DNA from: Botryllus schlosseri
Lineage: Eukaryota
Assembly (NCBI GenBank): GCA_051294905.1
Contig: CM119371.1
Coordinates: 12,030,001 to 12,094,000 of the forward strand
DNA length: 64,000 bases
Direction: 5' to 3'
The notes under the pieces are model-generated. The model had not been told where the DNA came from and did not search any database. It saw nothing but the letters and a program-made list of their open reading frames with translations. The translations under genes were made by a program, and so were the position numbers. Each line of letters starts with the position of its first letter. The stretch's first letter is position 1. This document shows positions 37,601-51,785 of this stretch, one piece after another.

Positions 37601-38786
37601 ATATGGGATGGTCATGACTTCGGAAATGTGTTATTTCCAGCAACGTTTGTAGCTTTGTACTATATCTCGTATGTTGCGACACGGCCAATCAAGGTTTCAA
37701 GGCTTACTCAGTGGAAAAGTTTATCAAAACTGCGGTATATTTCTCGTTAGTAAATCAACTTTCAGTATAATTTCAGTAGCCTACTCGAAAAGTAGTATTT
37801 TACTACTCGCCTCGAATCAATAAAGTTAATACTCGATTCAGATTCGAGTACTCGAATCATTGTGGCTAGCCCTACTATAGGCACCAGCAATTTTTATTAT
37901 AATCAACTTGTGACAGTTGCCTTCTTAAAATACATCTGATGTTTACCTGGATCTATAAACGATTGGCTTCATTGGCTAGCGTCCAAAGAGCGAAAGCTAC
38001 TCAGCAAGCAAGAGAAATTGAGTTCGTGTAATTTGCTTGCTGCTTTTCGCTATGGTCTCGAAGCTCGTCGCAGAGTAAACCAAATGTTTCTCTCACGAAT
38101 TTCTCGATTTCCCTGGTTTCTCTGTACAGTGTACATAAGATTAGATTTACCCAAACCATTATACAGCAATTACAAAGATAAACTTGGTTTCTCTGTACAG
38201 TGTACATAAGATTAGATTTACCCAAACCATTATACAGCAATCACAAAGATAAACTGACTTTGTCGTACCTCGTACGCAGATGTGATCGCCTCGGTGGTTC
38301 TTTTCATTCCAGGACTCAATCCTCTTTGCTGGCTTTCAGTTTCTGCACTCAGCTTCGGTTGATAATATACAAGCCAGGAACATGCTCGGGCTCTATTGCT
38401 GATACAGATATTGAGTATAGAGCCCCATACACTTCGAGAAGGCATATCCGCAACATCCCATAGCTGAAAGTTTGAGCCAACTTCTCCGCATCTCACGTAT
38501 ATGCCTCTCCCACATTGTTTTCCACAAGCATATTACAACTGGAACACCCCACAGACATGGTTTCGTAACTATCAACACTTACGGAGAATCGCGTTCATAC
38601 TGGCCATAATTTCCCGCGAATTTACCGAAAAAACGTCCTGTATGAACATAAGTTCGCGGTAACTCTAAATAGGTATGAACGCGCCCTTTTCCCGGAACTG
38701 TTTCGGTAATTTTTTCTCTATGTGAACATCGCCTGTTTCGGAACTTGTTCCCGAAAGAGTTTCGTAAATCCGGTATGAAAAGGGCC
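34672..38786 (-). mobile_element. PIF/Harbinger transposon with decayed transposase and nested MITEs
   Basis: TIR ggcccttttcataccgg...ccggtatgaaaagggcc; TSD TTA; remnants ETFGLLCDELRD and AFALWTLA (~37970-38100), DAAYPFQPRLMEPFP (~35860-35908), FGRLKAR (~35712-35732). Confidence 0.88.
38114..38255. repeat. Tandem duplication, two units of ~71 bp
   Basis: ggtttctctgtacagtgtacataagattagatttacccaaaccattatacagcaat...aaagataaact occurs twice. Confidence 0.85.
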
Positions 38787-41700
38787 TTAGATAACTATAA
38801 TAGGGCTGCTCAAACTATTTTCCTTTGCGATAGTATTTTAGAAGATAGATTTCGACTAGACATCACCATGGGCATTGGCAGTATATATATACGGTAATGT
38901 GAAGGATATTCATCCGAAAAAAGTCCTAGAGCGAATTTTACACACATTGTCAGTCGATCTGACGTCCCATTAGCAAAGTTTCTTCTATCGACGGTGTCTG
39001 AATGGAGTGAAATATTGGTTTTGAATGGGGCCATATCTAATGCGGGCTCTAGATATTGATTGGGTCTGAAACAGATTTCTTCACGGGCCGGATGAAATCG
39101 TCTGCATGGTGGACGTTCCTGACATCCCTGTTATACTGTTATAGGTCGGTGCTGTTATCTGGATGTGTGTTGGAACCCAGTCCGAAACATTATTTTGTTA
39201 GTCACCGTCCTCCGAAAAACTCACTTTGGGTGAGTAGAGTAATCGATGCAACTTCTTGCGGGCTTACTAGAAGCATCTGCTTGTTAAAATTTGTGATTGA
39301 TTTCTGTCAATGTTATTCGTTCTTCCATACTCCAGTCCGTTGCACATCCGGTGATTTGCAAACTTTTATGGCTACGAGCTCATTTCCAATTTGAAAATGT
39401 TCCGTGGTCCAGCTCAAAAAATGATAGGCAGATTAATAAAAAAGTCATCTTGCCCAGACTTACTTACGGCCTATCTTGGAAGCTTATTGCGTCCAAAGGC
39501 GAACAGTCCCCAGGGTTAGAACAACTGTCATTGACTAAACCAAAGCATCCAAACAGCTTTAACCAATTCTAACAACATAGCATCATTTTATAATTGCGAT
39601 TAGACTATATTTCAGTAAATGATGGTTATTTTTATTTATTTTTGATAGCATTTATTGCAAGAGCGGCGCAGTCCCCATATTAACATCAATATGCGCATTG
39701 AATAAATATAAGCGTGACTTCCAACATCAATATGCTATTAACATCAATATGCGATGTATTAAATCGCACGCAGTGCGATGAAAAATGTCAAATAGCATAA
39801 ATCTGATTCAAAATAATAATATTTACGTTGATTACGAATTATCTTTAAGGCTATTTCAAGATTTCCAAATTCCGGAAATTTAGACAAATATTAGAATTTC
39901 CTCCCGGACGCAGTTTTTAAAGTGAAATTCCTGACATGTACGTGAAATTACGGACGTCTGGCAACCCTAACCTAGCTATTAGCAACACTGGATATGATAT
40001 ACGTTATATAATATAATTGAAGAAGTCTGATGCGATGTATATGCCTGATTCCTACGTAAAGAAGTCATAAATTCATGCTATACAGGACAATACGTTGTAT
40101 CATTGAATACAGTAACGTCAATAACGACTATCCTCAACATTTTTTAAAGAGGACTATTTGCGGGAGACATGTGTTGCTGAGTGGTTAAGCTATTCAAAAG
40201 ACTCAGAAGAATTAAGAATGTTCCTTGAATTTATCATAATCACAAAAGGTAAATTGTCAAAGTTTTTTTGTAACATCTTCAAATCGAATTCACAGTTTAA
40301 ACCTCACCATCGATACATATGCAATATAGTGAAATATATATCGTCTGGTTAACAATTTCGCCAATAGCCATAACCAGTACAGCAAGCTTCAATAACCTTC
40401 AATAACGACGTTGAAATTGGAATTAATATATCAAGATTTTTTTAAGCATTCATGTCATGACTGTCACAGCGAATAACATTTAATCCCACGATCCAACAGA
40501 AGTAGTGATGTCGGAAGTGCTGACTACGTACGTACATATTTAACTGATTGATCGCCGATTATATCAATCGTTTAATATAGGTGTGATGTTAGGACCTACT
40601 CCGGTTTTAAATAAAGTGTGTGAATTCCATCGACAATGACCTACAAGCAATCGGAGCGTTTCAGTCGAAAAAATGCAACTTGACACACCGTACCACCGAC
40701 ATAAATTACGCACGCTGAAGGTGGTCAAAAATGTTGCCATCAAGTTGAGCTGCTGAAGGCATCGAAACAGAAAATAAACTGTCCATTTCAAGACGCAGTA
40801 TATGATTTCTGTAGTGGATCTATTTGGAATTATTGTGGTAAACTATATGATTCTTTGCATTTTTGGGCGACTAGAAAGAATAGGTATATCCAATGCTCTT
40901 CAATGTGTTTCAAAGATGCTTGTCAATTCCTATATCTAGTTCACCAGTGGAACGTGAATTCAGTAGATGTGGATTTATTCCAAATCCATGGCGCTATAAC
41001 AAATACGAGAATCTCCTTTCCACTTTGTATTTTTGAAGTGTAACTCAATGATTTGATCTGCGGTCTGTGAAAACAGACAATACCCTCCATCCATTCGACG
41101 TTTTGTTAGGTATGTGCATTGTGCACGTGAGTAATAATGAATGGCTAATGTTGTGTGATGTTTGTACAATAGGGCTGTTCAAAAATAACTTCTTTTTTAT
41201 TTTACTTGATAAAATTGTTATGTTGCATAAAAAGAACACTGAATCTGGCTTAATTTTAAAAATTTGGACCAATAATATGAGAGAAATTTTTTTTATTTTT
41301 CAAAATAAATGGAGTGTTTTTAGTGAGAAATTCTTTCATATAATATAATTACATACTAGTAGTAACCCGGCTGTTTTTTTATATCAAAAATATTTTACTC
41401 TAATAAAGTCGCTTTTTCTAGTTGGAATTGAACCAATTTTGCTATGAATCATATTTTTACACAATATAACAATATCCTGAGGTAGCCGGTAAAATTCGAA
41501 AATCTCTATTTGAAATAATCCAAAATTTTACTAGTAACGCTCTGGCGGCTATTTCAGCAGCTGAGCAGGAAAGCTGACCTTTTTTTAGTCAACCACCTGA
41601 TAATGTGAAAGAAAAACTGTACCTCTACATAAACATGCATCTGTTGATTCTCTTTCGGCTGGTATCTAGACGTGACTTCGTTGGTTCTATATCAGATAGT

Positions 41701-41941
41701 ATTTAGACGTGAATTCGTTGGTTCTATATCAGATAGTATATAGACGTGAATTCGTTGATTCTCTATAAGCTATAAGCTAATTCAGGATTGAAAACATGAG
41801 TTGAAGATGACTTCAATGCAGTGACTTGGACTCGGACTCGAGTCGGTGATGAATTGAGAATGACTCGACTTGACTCGAGTCAATACCACAAAAGTAAGAT
41901 TGACTCGTGACTCGGAAACATGTGACTTGGTTACAACCCTG

Positions 41942-42612
41942 GTAGTAATAACAAACTAGTCGAAGGAATGGCCGTAGTTGTTTCACATTTTCGGAACGAG
42001 GATAGTTAGAGAATACCTCAACCTTGGATGGTATTCCCTTTTCATTGCCAAGGTGACTCAAGAATTAGATTTCTTCCTTACCGAAACTGCACTTATCGAC
42101 ATTTATGACCAGTCCGAACTTACGAAACCTTGAAAACAATTCCGGTAATGTGGCCAAAACAATTCCGGTAATGTTACCAAGTGCTCTTCTTCAGTCCGAG
42201 TCGCAATTCAAACGTCGCCTAAAAACGCAAAAATATTTTCCAGTCCTTCAGTTACCTCGGATATAAAACGGCTAAAAGTACTATAAGCGTTGGTCAAGCT
42301 GAATTTCATCGTCGTTGGTTGAAATGGTACTTCTGGACAAATGAAAGCAGCCTTCTTTTGATCTACCAGATTAAGAGGAATTCGATGATGCGCCTTCGCT
42401 AAGTCAACTTTACTAAAGACATTACACTTCGACAGTTCATTGGTAAAATCACGATGAAATGGGACAGGCCAGCGATCTTTGACCGGTTGATTGTTCAATT
42501 TCCTACAGTCGACTCAGATTCTAATATCATCTAACGCTAACCCCTTCGGTACGACAGGGATTGGAGATGCAAAGGACGATTTTGAGCGAATGACTACACC
42601 GGACTTCAGCAT
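41942..42612 (-). pseudogene. Decayed Gypsy reverse-transcriptase fragment (different family)
   Basis: SSFASPIPVVPK...DRWPVP...FSKVDLAKAHHRIP...MKFSLTNA...FAFLGDV*, with stops and frameshifts; no LTRs seen. Confidence 0.85.
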
Positions 42613-43184
42613 CTCCTAAAATCGACTCGCTTCACCCTCTGTTTCAATTTCCGAATATATACAGCATCGCTCAGTACTATTGGCATACCAACATGCACAT
42701 TGAATATACGGAGCTAGCCGAAAATATACAATAGAAAGACGACATCAAGACATCTGGTTGAACAAATATTGAATATACGTTTATTAGCTTTACAATAAAT
42801 TGTCCTGAAAATATCACGAACTCTGCAACATTATCCAGTATCTTTGGATCTGTTTTAATGTTTTAAGTTCAACGAGATAATAGATTATGATCTCTTATAT
42901 ATGCCTCCTTTGACCGAACGTTCCCTTGCTAACTGAGTTTCGGAGCGAGTGAGGTTTTGCGTATAGCAGTCATCAAGAGTTACTTCGTGTGGGGGGAAGG
43001 TTGCAAGCGGCATTCGTCAAAATTCCACATTGAGCACATTGAGTGTTATTTGTTTTGAAGATAGATGTGGATGGGTTTTGGAGCTTTTCTTCTCATGGGA
43101 ATTACATTTATCAATTTGTTTCATACTTTGCGCCAATGTTTCACAGAAATTGAAATAAATGCGATAATTGACATGCCTTATACT

Positions 43185-43532
43185 TGGGCTTACTATATTT
43201 TGGAAATCCAAAAAGAGGACACTTTTTCTGAAATTAGCAAGTTGCAAAACCAGAGTAGAATTCTCAAAAAACGGTGAATTTTTCTCACTTTGTGATCGGT
43301 TGACTGAAAAAAAAGGTCATCTTTTCGCTCACAGCTAAGTTCACCGTTTTTCACTCCGAAATACCCGACGGAGCGTCACTTCTGTGCTTATATGCGGCAT
43401 ATCACTCGCAATTTGCTCTAAATGTGACCTAAATTTTCAAAAAAGAGGACAAAATCTCAAAAAAGAGGACAATAGGGCGTCCTCCGAGGACACTTCAAAA
43501 AAAGTCAAAAAATAGGACGTATTGTAAGCCTA
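43185..43532. mobile_element. TAGGCTTACCATA-family MITE
   Basis: Homologous to 1357-1795; TSD cttatact. Confidence 0.88.
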
Positions 43533-44127
43533 CTTATACTCCACCACAAGTTCTTATCCGTCACTATTCAGAGCATTCTTTGAAATGCTGAAGCATCAAG
43601 AAGTTTGATCTAGTGAGCATGAGACGCAAAGTAAAAAGTTTTTAATCACTGTGCTAGAAGAATAGTATTTGATTTTCTTATTAATTTGTCTTGTCAATTT
43701 TCTGATTGTATTTGATTTGATATGATTGCTAATTAGTAATTACCGTTCTCTTTTTGTGTTAGCTTTCCCCACGCTCACGATTGAATATCACGATTAATGT
43801 CTGGTTGTCATGCGGGGTTGACAATGAATCCATTTTAAAAAATATACACGTTAAAGAATATAAGTTCTGCGAATCACCTTTGTTAGCATTGATATGTCGT
43901 TAGATCGGAGGGATCAACGTGTCAAATAATCGTACACAATGGGGAATATTGCTTCCTTGCCAACAACTAGTCGATCACGACCACTCATGTGTATTTTTTA
44001 GCACATTTCCAATAAACGTTAAGAAGTAAGTAGTAAGAAATAATGTCACGACACTGATCCCTTAATATAGCAAATTCCGGACATAGGTTACATCGACACG
44101 AAATGCAATCTAGTGTACACTGTAGAC

Positions 44128-46124
44128 TAGGGTTGTCCAAAATTTGGAAAATCTCAAAAATGTTGGGTATCAATGTCTTATTCTATAGATTAGTGATAAA
44201 AAACAGCAATGAGCCTGGAATACGCTCACAGAAAAGTCGTTAAGATTTGTCGCAAAGCGTTTGAAAGTAGCGACCGACGAGCGGGCGTGCCAGCGGCCAT
44301 AGAACGGCAACAAGACTAGTAATCACGAAATCGGGACTCTCGATTGGCTAATCGGCCATGCTTCAATGATCACGACGGTGGTGGCTTGCTGATTAGTTGT
44401 TAAAAGAGTTTGCTAACGACGGTGATTCTGTAAGCGCATTGTAGGTTGGTTGGCAGATAATGATTTACGATTAGTTCAGAACATGTTGAGTTACTAAATA
44501 CATGATGATGAACAAACAACAGCTGCTTCACATAAACTTGAAGCATGACTGGCTTATCGTGAAGGAAACCGCAGTAGCCCACATGTCTGTTTTGACCGAG
44601 GGAAAGCACAGAACACGCGGAGAAATATTGCAAAGGCGCTTATGCAAGTGGCGAACGAATTTCTTGTTTCAGAAGGAATGCATCATCATTGAATACAAAT
44701 ATAAAGCTTAACAATGACACTACTTTGTCTGATCTTATTAGGCTCCAGCCGTGCTATATAACTAAAGTCTTCAATGCTCTAAGGATTGGTTGAATCATCC
44801 GTTTATGCTGGATACTTATTAGACTCTTACAGCAAAATGAATTCACTCTTAAAGTGCTGTCAAAGTCGTCAATAATGCCGCACAAAGAGTTGAAAGGGTA
44901 AGCACAGACTATGCTGGCATGACAATTAAAAATACAGTTTGCTTGTATAGTTTAGCCTTAGAGAATTGCAAGCATGACAGTGGCGAAACAGCGAATGATT
45001 GTGCACTTTTAGAACTAAATATAAATCCGACAAATACCTAGTTATGGTTGCAATTACGTCAGTGCTTCTACTTTTCTGGGCGTAAGTAAAGAATATTAGT
45101 CATCGCAAACTGGTGCAGCACACCATATGTGAGATGATTGTCCACAAAATCTTATCTGCTCAGAAGATGTTATATGGACCGACCAGATAGCTTATATATT
45201 GAAACCTTGAAGAAATATAACAATCGCACCGCTATAATTGCATTTTAAGGTCATTTTATATCCATGTCTGGTTTGATTCCAGCAATTGTAGCGGTCATAC
45301 CAGCATAGTCTGTGCTTACCATTACACCTCCTTCTATGGCATCATTGACGACTACAATTACACCTCCTTCTACGGCATCATTGACGACTTTGACAGCACT
45401 TACGAGTGAATTCATTTTGCTGTAAGAGTCTAATAAGTATCCAGCATAAACGGATGATTCAGCCAATCCTTAGAGCATTGAAGACTTTAGTTATATAGCA
45501 CGGCTGGAGCCTAATAAGATCAGACAAAGTAGTGTCATTGTTAAGCTTTATATTTGTATTCAATGATGATGCATTCCTTCTGAAACAAGAAATTCGTTCG
45601 CCACTTGCATAAGCGCCTTTGCAATATTTCTCCGCGTGTTCTGTGCTTTCCCTCGGTCAAAACAGACATGTGGGCTACTGCGGTTTCCTTCACAATAAGC
45701 CAGTCATACTTCAAGTTTATGTGAAGCAGCTGTTGTTTGTTCATCATCATGTATTTAGTAACTCAACATGTCCTGAACTAATCTTAAATCATTATCTGGG
45801 AGCCAACCTACAATGCGCTTACAGAATCACCGCCGTTACCAAACTCTTTTAACAACTAATCAGAAAGCCACCACCGTCATGATCATTGAAGCATAGCCGA
45901 TTAGCCAATCGAGAGTCGCGATTTCGTGATTACTAGTCTTGTGGTCGTTCTATGGTCGCTGGCACGCCCACTCGTCGGCTGCTACTTTCAAACGCTTTGC
46001 GACAAATCTTAACGACCTTCCTGTGTGCGTATTTCAGGCTCATTACTGTTTTTTATCAATAATCTATAGAATAAGACATTGATACCCAACATTCTTGAGA
46101 TTTTCCAAATTTTGGACAACCCTA
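44128..46124. mobile_element. Foldback element with ~800-bp inverted arms
   Basis: tagggttgtccaaa...tttggacaacccta; TSD ctgtagac/ctgtacac; mirror-image ORFs 44502-44711(+) and 45541-45750(-); transposase-like VKVVNDAVEGGV. Confidence 0.88.
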
Positions 46125-46988
46125 CTGTACACCCATTTCACAGTTTTTCCTCAAAATCGACCAATAAATAACCATTCGCAAAGGCGATTACGACAATTAC
46201 GACAACGTTGTATGTTAGGTACGTCGAAAATATATTTAGACAAAGAATGTAATTCAATTATATGCGGCTGTTTTGCTTTATAACTTCTAACTCAAATGGT
46301 TCCCAGCCTTGAAAGGAACCGGAATGGTGATTTGAACAATCCAACGAACTTGCTGTATGGTACTGCGCGGTGGTGTGCTATCGTGTGGATGGGCCTGAAG
46401 AGCTATATGGAGAATAATATGGCCTAAAGCTCCGTGACCCTACATGTATCAAAACGTCTAATTATCGTGACTCATTCGCCAATAGAGATGACCGTTCCAC
46501 TTGAAGTGACGAGTCTGCAATCTATATCTACGACTGTAGATTCCCTACTCATAAGAACATTATCCGGGTTAATAATCGCTAAATTACATATTTTTATCCG
46601 CCCAAGACACACAATATACAATACCATACAATAAAATATTATCAATATTATAATTGATAGTGAGTTTTAAAAGCTGTGCCTGTCGCCGTTTTCGACCTTG
46701 TGCGACAGTGCAGCGAAACGGACAATAATATATTAGTCTGGAATCTGCGTTCTCTGCTATGGGCAATACACAGCACGCTGTGAAGAGAAGGCAGGGTGAG
46801 TCCGAAACGACCTGAAATATTCCAAGACTGTTGAGGCGTTCCTTCTGGTGACAGACAATCCGCTTCGCAGCTTTATGATTGCAGACTCCAGGACTGTTTA
46901 TTTGCCCCTTCCTTGTGTAGGGAGCTATCCAATTGGTATTAAATCGTCAATGGGGCATTGTTTTTCACAAGTAGAACCGCATATAATC

Positions 46989-48633
46989 TAGGGTTGCCAT
47001 ACGTCCGGAATTTCCCGGACATGTCCGGAATTTCACTGTTCAAACTAGCGTCCGGGAGGAATTTCTAAAATATGCCAAATGTCCGGAATTTTTACGTAGG
47101 CTCATAATTTTTTTCGTAAATCAGCATAAAAACAATATTTTTTGGGAATATTTATGCTGATGTATGATATTTTTCTTCGCGCTGTGCGCGATTTACCATC
47201 ACATTTATTGATTTTGATATGGAGACTACCACCCTCGCAAAAACTGCCATAAAATATAAATAAAAACGACCTTCATCTACTGGAATAAGCGTGATTGTAA
47301 TCACAATTATAGGAGAACGGTATATTTCTAGAGATCGTTAAGGCCGTTCAAATGCTTTATTCAAAGATAGTGGTTCCAAACGGAGGGGGTCTTTTGCCTT
47401 TATATTGGGGTTTGCGAATATGTTGAACGTAATCAGCTTCCAAAATAGCCCGTGAGTAAGTCTGGGCAACGGTGCTGACTTCTTTTAGTAATCAGCTCGT
47501 AAAATTTTGATCTGGGCCACGGAACATTTTCAAATTGGAGATGGAGTCGCGACCATAAAAGGTTGGAAACCACTGAGAGAGAGAAGAGAGAGAGAATCTT
47601 TATTCGTATACATTACATATCAACATAACACTACAAAAATGTAACAGTGAAATGAGACATGCAAGGTAGACGGGAGGCTCGATATGACATAGTCTTCAGA
47701 GCCAAGCCACCCGGGACAAGAGCAATTTTCACAGTCGATAACTAATGAAAAGAAAAAGAAAATAAACTAACGAACGAAAGGAAAAATAAGACACGGCAGT
47801 ATCATGGACCAATTTGAAATACAATGCAAATACAATTTACCGGTAGTTAGAGATAAGAGAATGAAAACATTGTTTTTTAAAAGCACAAGAGTCTAAATTG
47901 CGGAGATTAGGTGGCAGCTTATTCCAAACATTGACACCAATAAAACTGCTTGAATTTTGTACTAGACTGGTAGAGTGGTGTTGCACAGACAGAGACAAGT
48001 TGGAAGAAAATCTGGTATGATGTTGGTGGGTATCTGAAGGTATCTTGAACAGATTATCAAAATATAGTGGCAGTTCACCCTGATGATAGCTATGCATGGA
48101 TGTGGGGTGTTTATAAAGCTCCGTGGTGCGCACCGGCATAAGGCTGATAAACAATCTTATAGGTAGAACATGAACATGACTTAACAATGTGCAATTATGC
48201 TCCCTGTATTTTAGAACTCATCATCCTCCACCAGCACTACCGCTAACTCTGATCGTGAGGGCGGAGAGTAGTAGGCTTATCTATATAGTAATATATGGAA
48301 CGACCAATATTAATGACAGAATTTATTCAAATAATTTAACGACCAGATGCATATAGAAACCAGATTCATATAGCAAGCACCCCCCAAGAAGTTGCCTCGG
48401 TTACCCCATAGTGTGGGCTCAAAATCATTGTTTATTTGGGCGGGAGGGGGCTGAAAACATATGCTTTCGGTCCCGGTTACACAACACACAGCCACATACT
48501 TCCGAACCGGACCGTGACCACCTCCGGTCTATGAGCAAAGCTTTGCTAGTGTGACGTCATAACTCATTTTGAAATCCACTAGTGGGCGCTAAAGAGTGTC
48601 CGGAATTTGGGTTGCTCAAATATGGTAACCCTA
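46989..48633. mobile_element. TAGGGTT-CCA family hAT-type element
   Basis: TIR tagggttgcca...tggtaacccta; TSD atataatc; inverted copy of 6693-9089. Confidence 0.9.
47576..48097 (-). mobile_element. 5'-truncated LINE (CR1/L2 group) 3' end
   Basis: ORF2 C-terminus LPLYFDNLF...HQHHTR...GVNVWNKLP...AFKK, followed by AATAAA and a (CT)n tail; absent from the sister element at ~8500. Confidence 0.8.
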
Positions 48634-51600
48634 ATATAATCTTCATGACGAAATCTCTGATGCCTGCAGCGCAAAAGAAGGTGCTACCCGCGATAATTCA
48701 AAGCAGCATAATCTATGAATACACCTGCCGATGCGATAGTCGGTATGTAGGCTAAGTCGCACGTCTCAGCGCTTGTGGGTTACAATTCGCCAGAATGTCC
48801 CGCGGCAAATTATAATAACTAATGTTTCTCCAACTCCATCATCGCAGTCTGTTGACGCACTGCGTGATTGCTTGTGATTCGGCAATTGCTGGACAGCATC
48901 TCTCTCTCTCTCTCTCATTTATGTTAATTTTATTATTACGTCATACAGACAAAATAGCTCCTGCATTTGTAATTTGATTCACTCTATTACTGAAGTTTGC
49001 TACTGATGAGAGTCGGTCAAAAAGCTTTTAGCGAATAAATTGTCAATATGATGTTATGGTGTGGCGATATCCTTCATTAAGCATTTTCCTTTTCTTGGTA
49101 TTTCTGTCACCGTAAAAACGGGCTACACGTGGGAGGAGTAGCAAAGATAAAACTCCCACTCTCTGAAACGTTTTGCTTCAGTCAAATCGGTTGATTCGAA
49201 CGACATAACATCACATGACCATATGACCATCTCCTGACCGATGGTTTGTTTTAACTGCAAGTCATCGGAAGTGCAATTTAGGAAATTTATTCACTTTTCT
49301 CGTCATACCTCAGAAACGAGGAGCCTCCATTTCTTAGATTGTACCAGATTATTTCATTCCCTTCGGATGGCGTCTTGGCTGCTTTTTTTGTGAGTTGATA
49401 TGCTGGTGTAATAATTTACTGGTATCCTTTATGACCGAGAATACAGTTCCGAATCACTTTGATATCGGATTAGTATACTTCCCATCCTTATAAGATAAAT
49501 ATTGGCAGTGTTTGGCGGGTCGGGCTAGCATTACAAATCAAAACAAAGCTGCTCACGCGGTTTAATCCATATCCAGACAATTTCGGCGCACAACTCGACC
49601 GAGAAAACAAATAAGATACTGTTAAGTGGTCACGTTTTAATTGGAATAGACATCTTTGTACTGAAGACAATAATTTAAGCCACTCCCATTAGGCATCTGG
49701 AATAGAACAGGTAGGTTGAACTTATTGACCGATCTTTTGTTTCATTCGTCACAATGCCTGTTAGCACAGGTTGAGTTCGCATTGTTCACAGTAATCATAT
49801 TTAATTAGTCTTTTTTCGGAGTGTCGATTATAAAATAATCCCACCGGATTACAAGGGTATATAAATCTACGCTTATGCAATATTCTTTCCATAGGAACCA
49901 CGGAGAGTAAAGATTCCGAGATTTGTGTCCGACCTCGTTACTTCCTCGACATATTAAAGTATTAGGGATATAGGTGTCATGCAATTATTTATAATATCAT
50001 AAATATATACATAGCAATGACCTTTATCGCGCAATAAAGCCGCGCACGCCAAGGCAGTATCTTCGGTAATGTTTATAGGCTTTGTCAGGTAGAGTACAAA
50101 TAGATCAGCAGCGGAAGTGGATTGGCCTGGGATTTCAAGATCGCCGTCTTAGCTGTCGACCTGCAACACTGTTTACTTGCGTTCAGAACTTTGAATGTGC
50201 TGTGATCATCACATAGTCTTCGACGGCGAGACTTGCAATCAAAAATCCGAAAAACAGAGTTTTGCTCAAATAGGCCCAACAATGATGGCGACGGCGCGGG
50301 ATGAGTCACAGATGTTAACCTAGTCCGAGTTTGAGATGTTTGACCAAAACATCTTTATGCGGTAACAAAGGAGGAGTTATCAATGTTTTTCTAACGACTA
50401 TTTGCCGAGGATTTGATCGTAAACACTTAACGATGACCAGGCGCGTAACTAGTTACATCTCGACATATCCTCTGGCTTCATAGGAAAATTTTGATAGCCC
50501 TATTCCTTACAGAATTTGACTTTGACACCTACATTACACAGATAGCCTAGCTAGAGGTAATGTTGATTAAGATTATGAGAATATTAGAATCAGTTTGGTG
50601 CGAGCTATAAGCGTGACGCACTGTTAGCTATAAATGAGCGTTTTATACAATTTTTCTGAACTTATTTTGAGACCATATCATTCCCACCATCGTCATCAGT
50701 ATACAGCACTAGTGATTCCCACTTCGTGGGGGTCCACGGAACCGTTGGATAATACCAGAATTATCAGAGAAAAACTGATATTACTCCACTTCTACGGCTT
50801 GGAATTGAGTCAAATTTGTTTTGCATAGTTTTTGAAGACAGCCCAACAATTTCACGGGGTTGGCAAAAAAATTTGAAAAAAAAAATTGTTTTGCGTTTCT
50901 GGGCAAATTCAAAATTTTCAAACTCTACGTAAACCGCGAATATTGGTTGGAATGAATTCAAATTTGGTGTGCGTCGTTTTTTAAAGTAACCTAACGATTT
51001 AATCACGTAGCCCGCAAGATTAAGGAAAAAGGTTATTTTTGAACAGCCCTTATGTCCATATTTACAAAGCAATAGTATGATCCAGCTACGGTTATTTAAT
51101 CTGTTCGTTATTTCTGATTAAATAGAATCCTAGACAAGGATATCGCGGGCCTAACCCGTCAAATGATTCCAAAATATTACTTCGAAATCCATGCCCTTCT
51201 TTGTTATTTGAATACTTAATGATCAAGCATCTATAACAAAGTAGTATAATGCATTATAGTCGATCTGCACCTTTATTAGTCAGCAATCGAACTGGCAATA
51301 GTACGATGATCGGGAGGCAGGATACACCCCACTATAAAACAGTGGCTATAACGATGATGCAAGTTGCCTATATCTCCTTTGTTTTAGTCGTATAATGGCA
51401 TCAATCCGGGGTATGAGTTGCGAGGAATGGAAAATATTTAACTGCAATCACCGACTTCCGAATTTACTTCATAATACTATTTTATTACAATTACGGCTTC
51501 TCTCGAGACCGGAGACCTTTTGAGTCAAAAGTGATGCAGCAGTGCGATCACAGATATTTGAATCATAGTGCTGTGTAACTATTGTATTCGCCATGTAACC

Positions 51601-51785
51601 CGTATGTAATAGTTTCGCCTTGGCGTTCTCGCTTCTGTGAATAATCTTGAATAAGTATTCTTTACTGGACGTATTTCGTACTAAATAAAATCAACATTTT
51701 TTAGAAATGTGATGGATACTACACGCATTTCCAATCTTCTAATAATTGCTTCGCGGGCCGTATGTTTATCACTCACGTCCTAGAC

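Larger units (their letters stand above)
46895..49035 (+). mobile_element. Penelope-like GIY-YIG fragment interrupted by a hAT-type element
   Basis: VYLPLPCVG...VEPHII|FMTKSLMPAAQKKVLPAIIQSSIIYEYTCRCDSRYVG..RTSQRL rejoins across 46989-48633. Confidence 0.75.
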
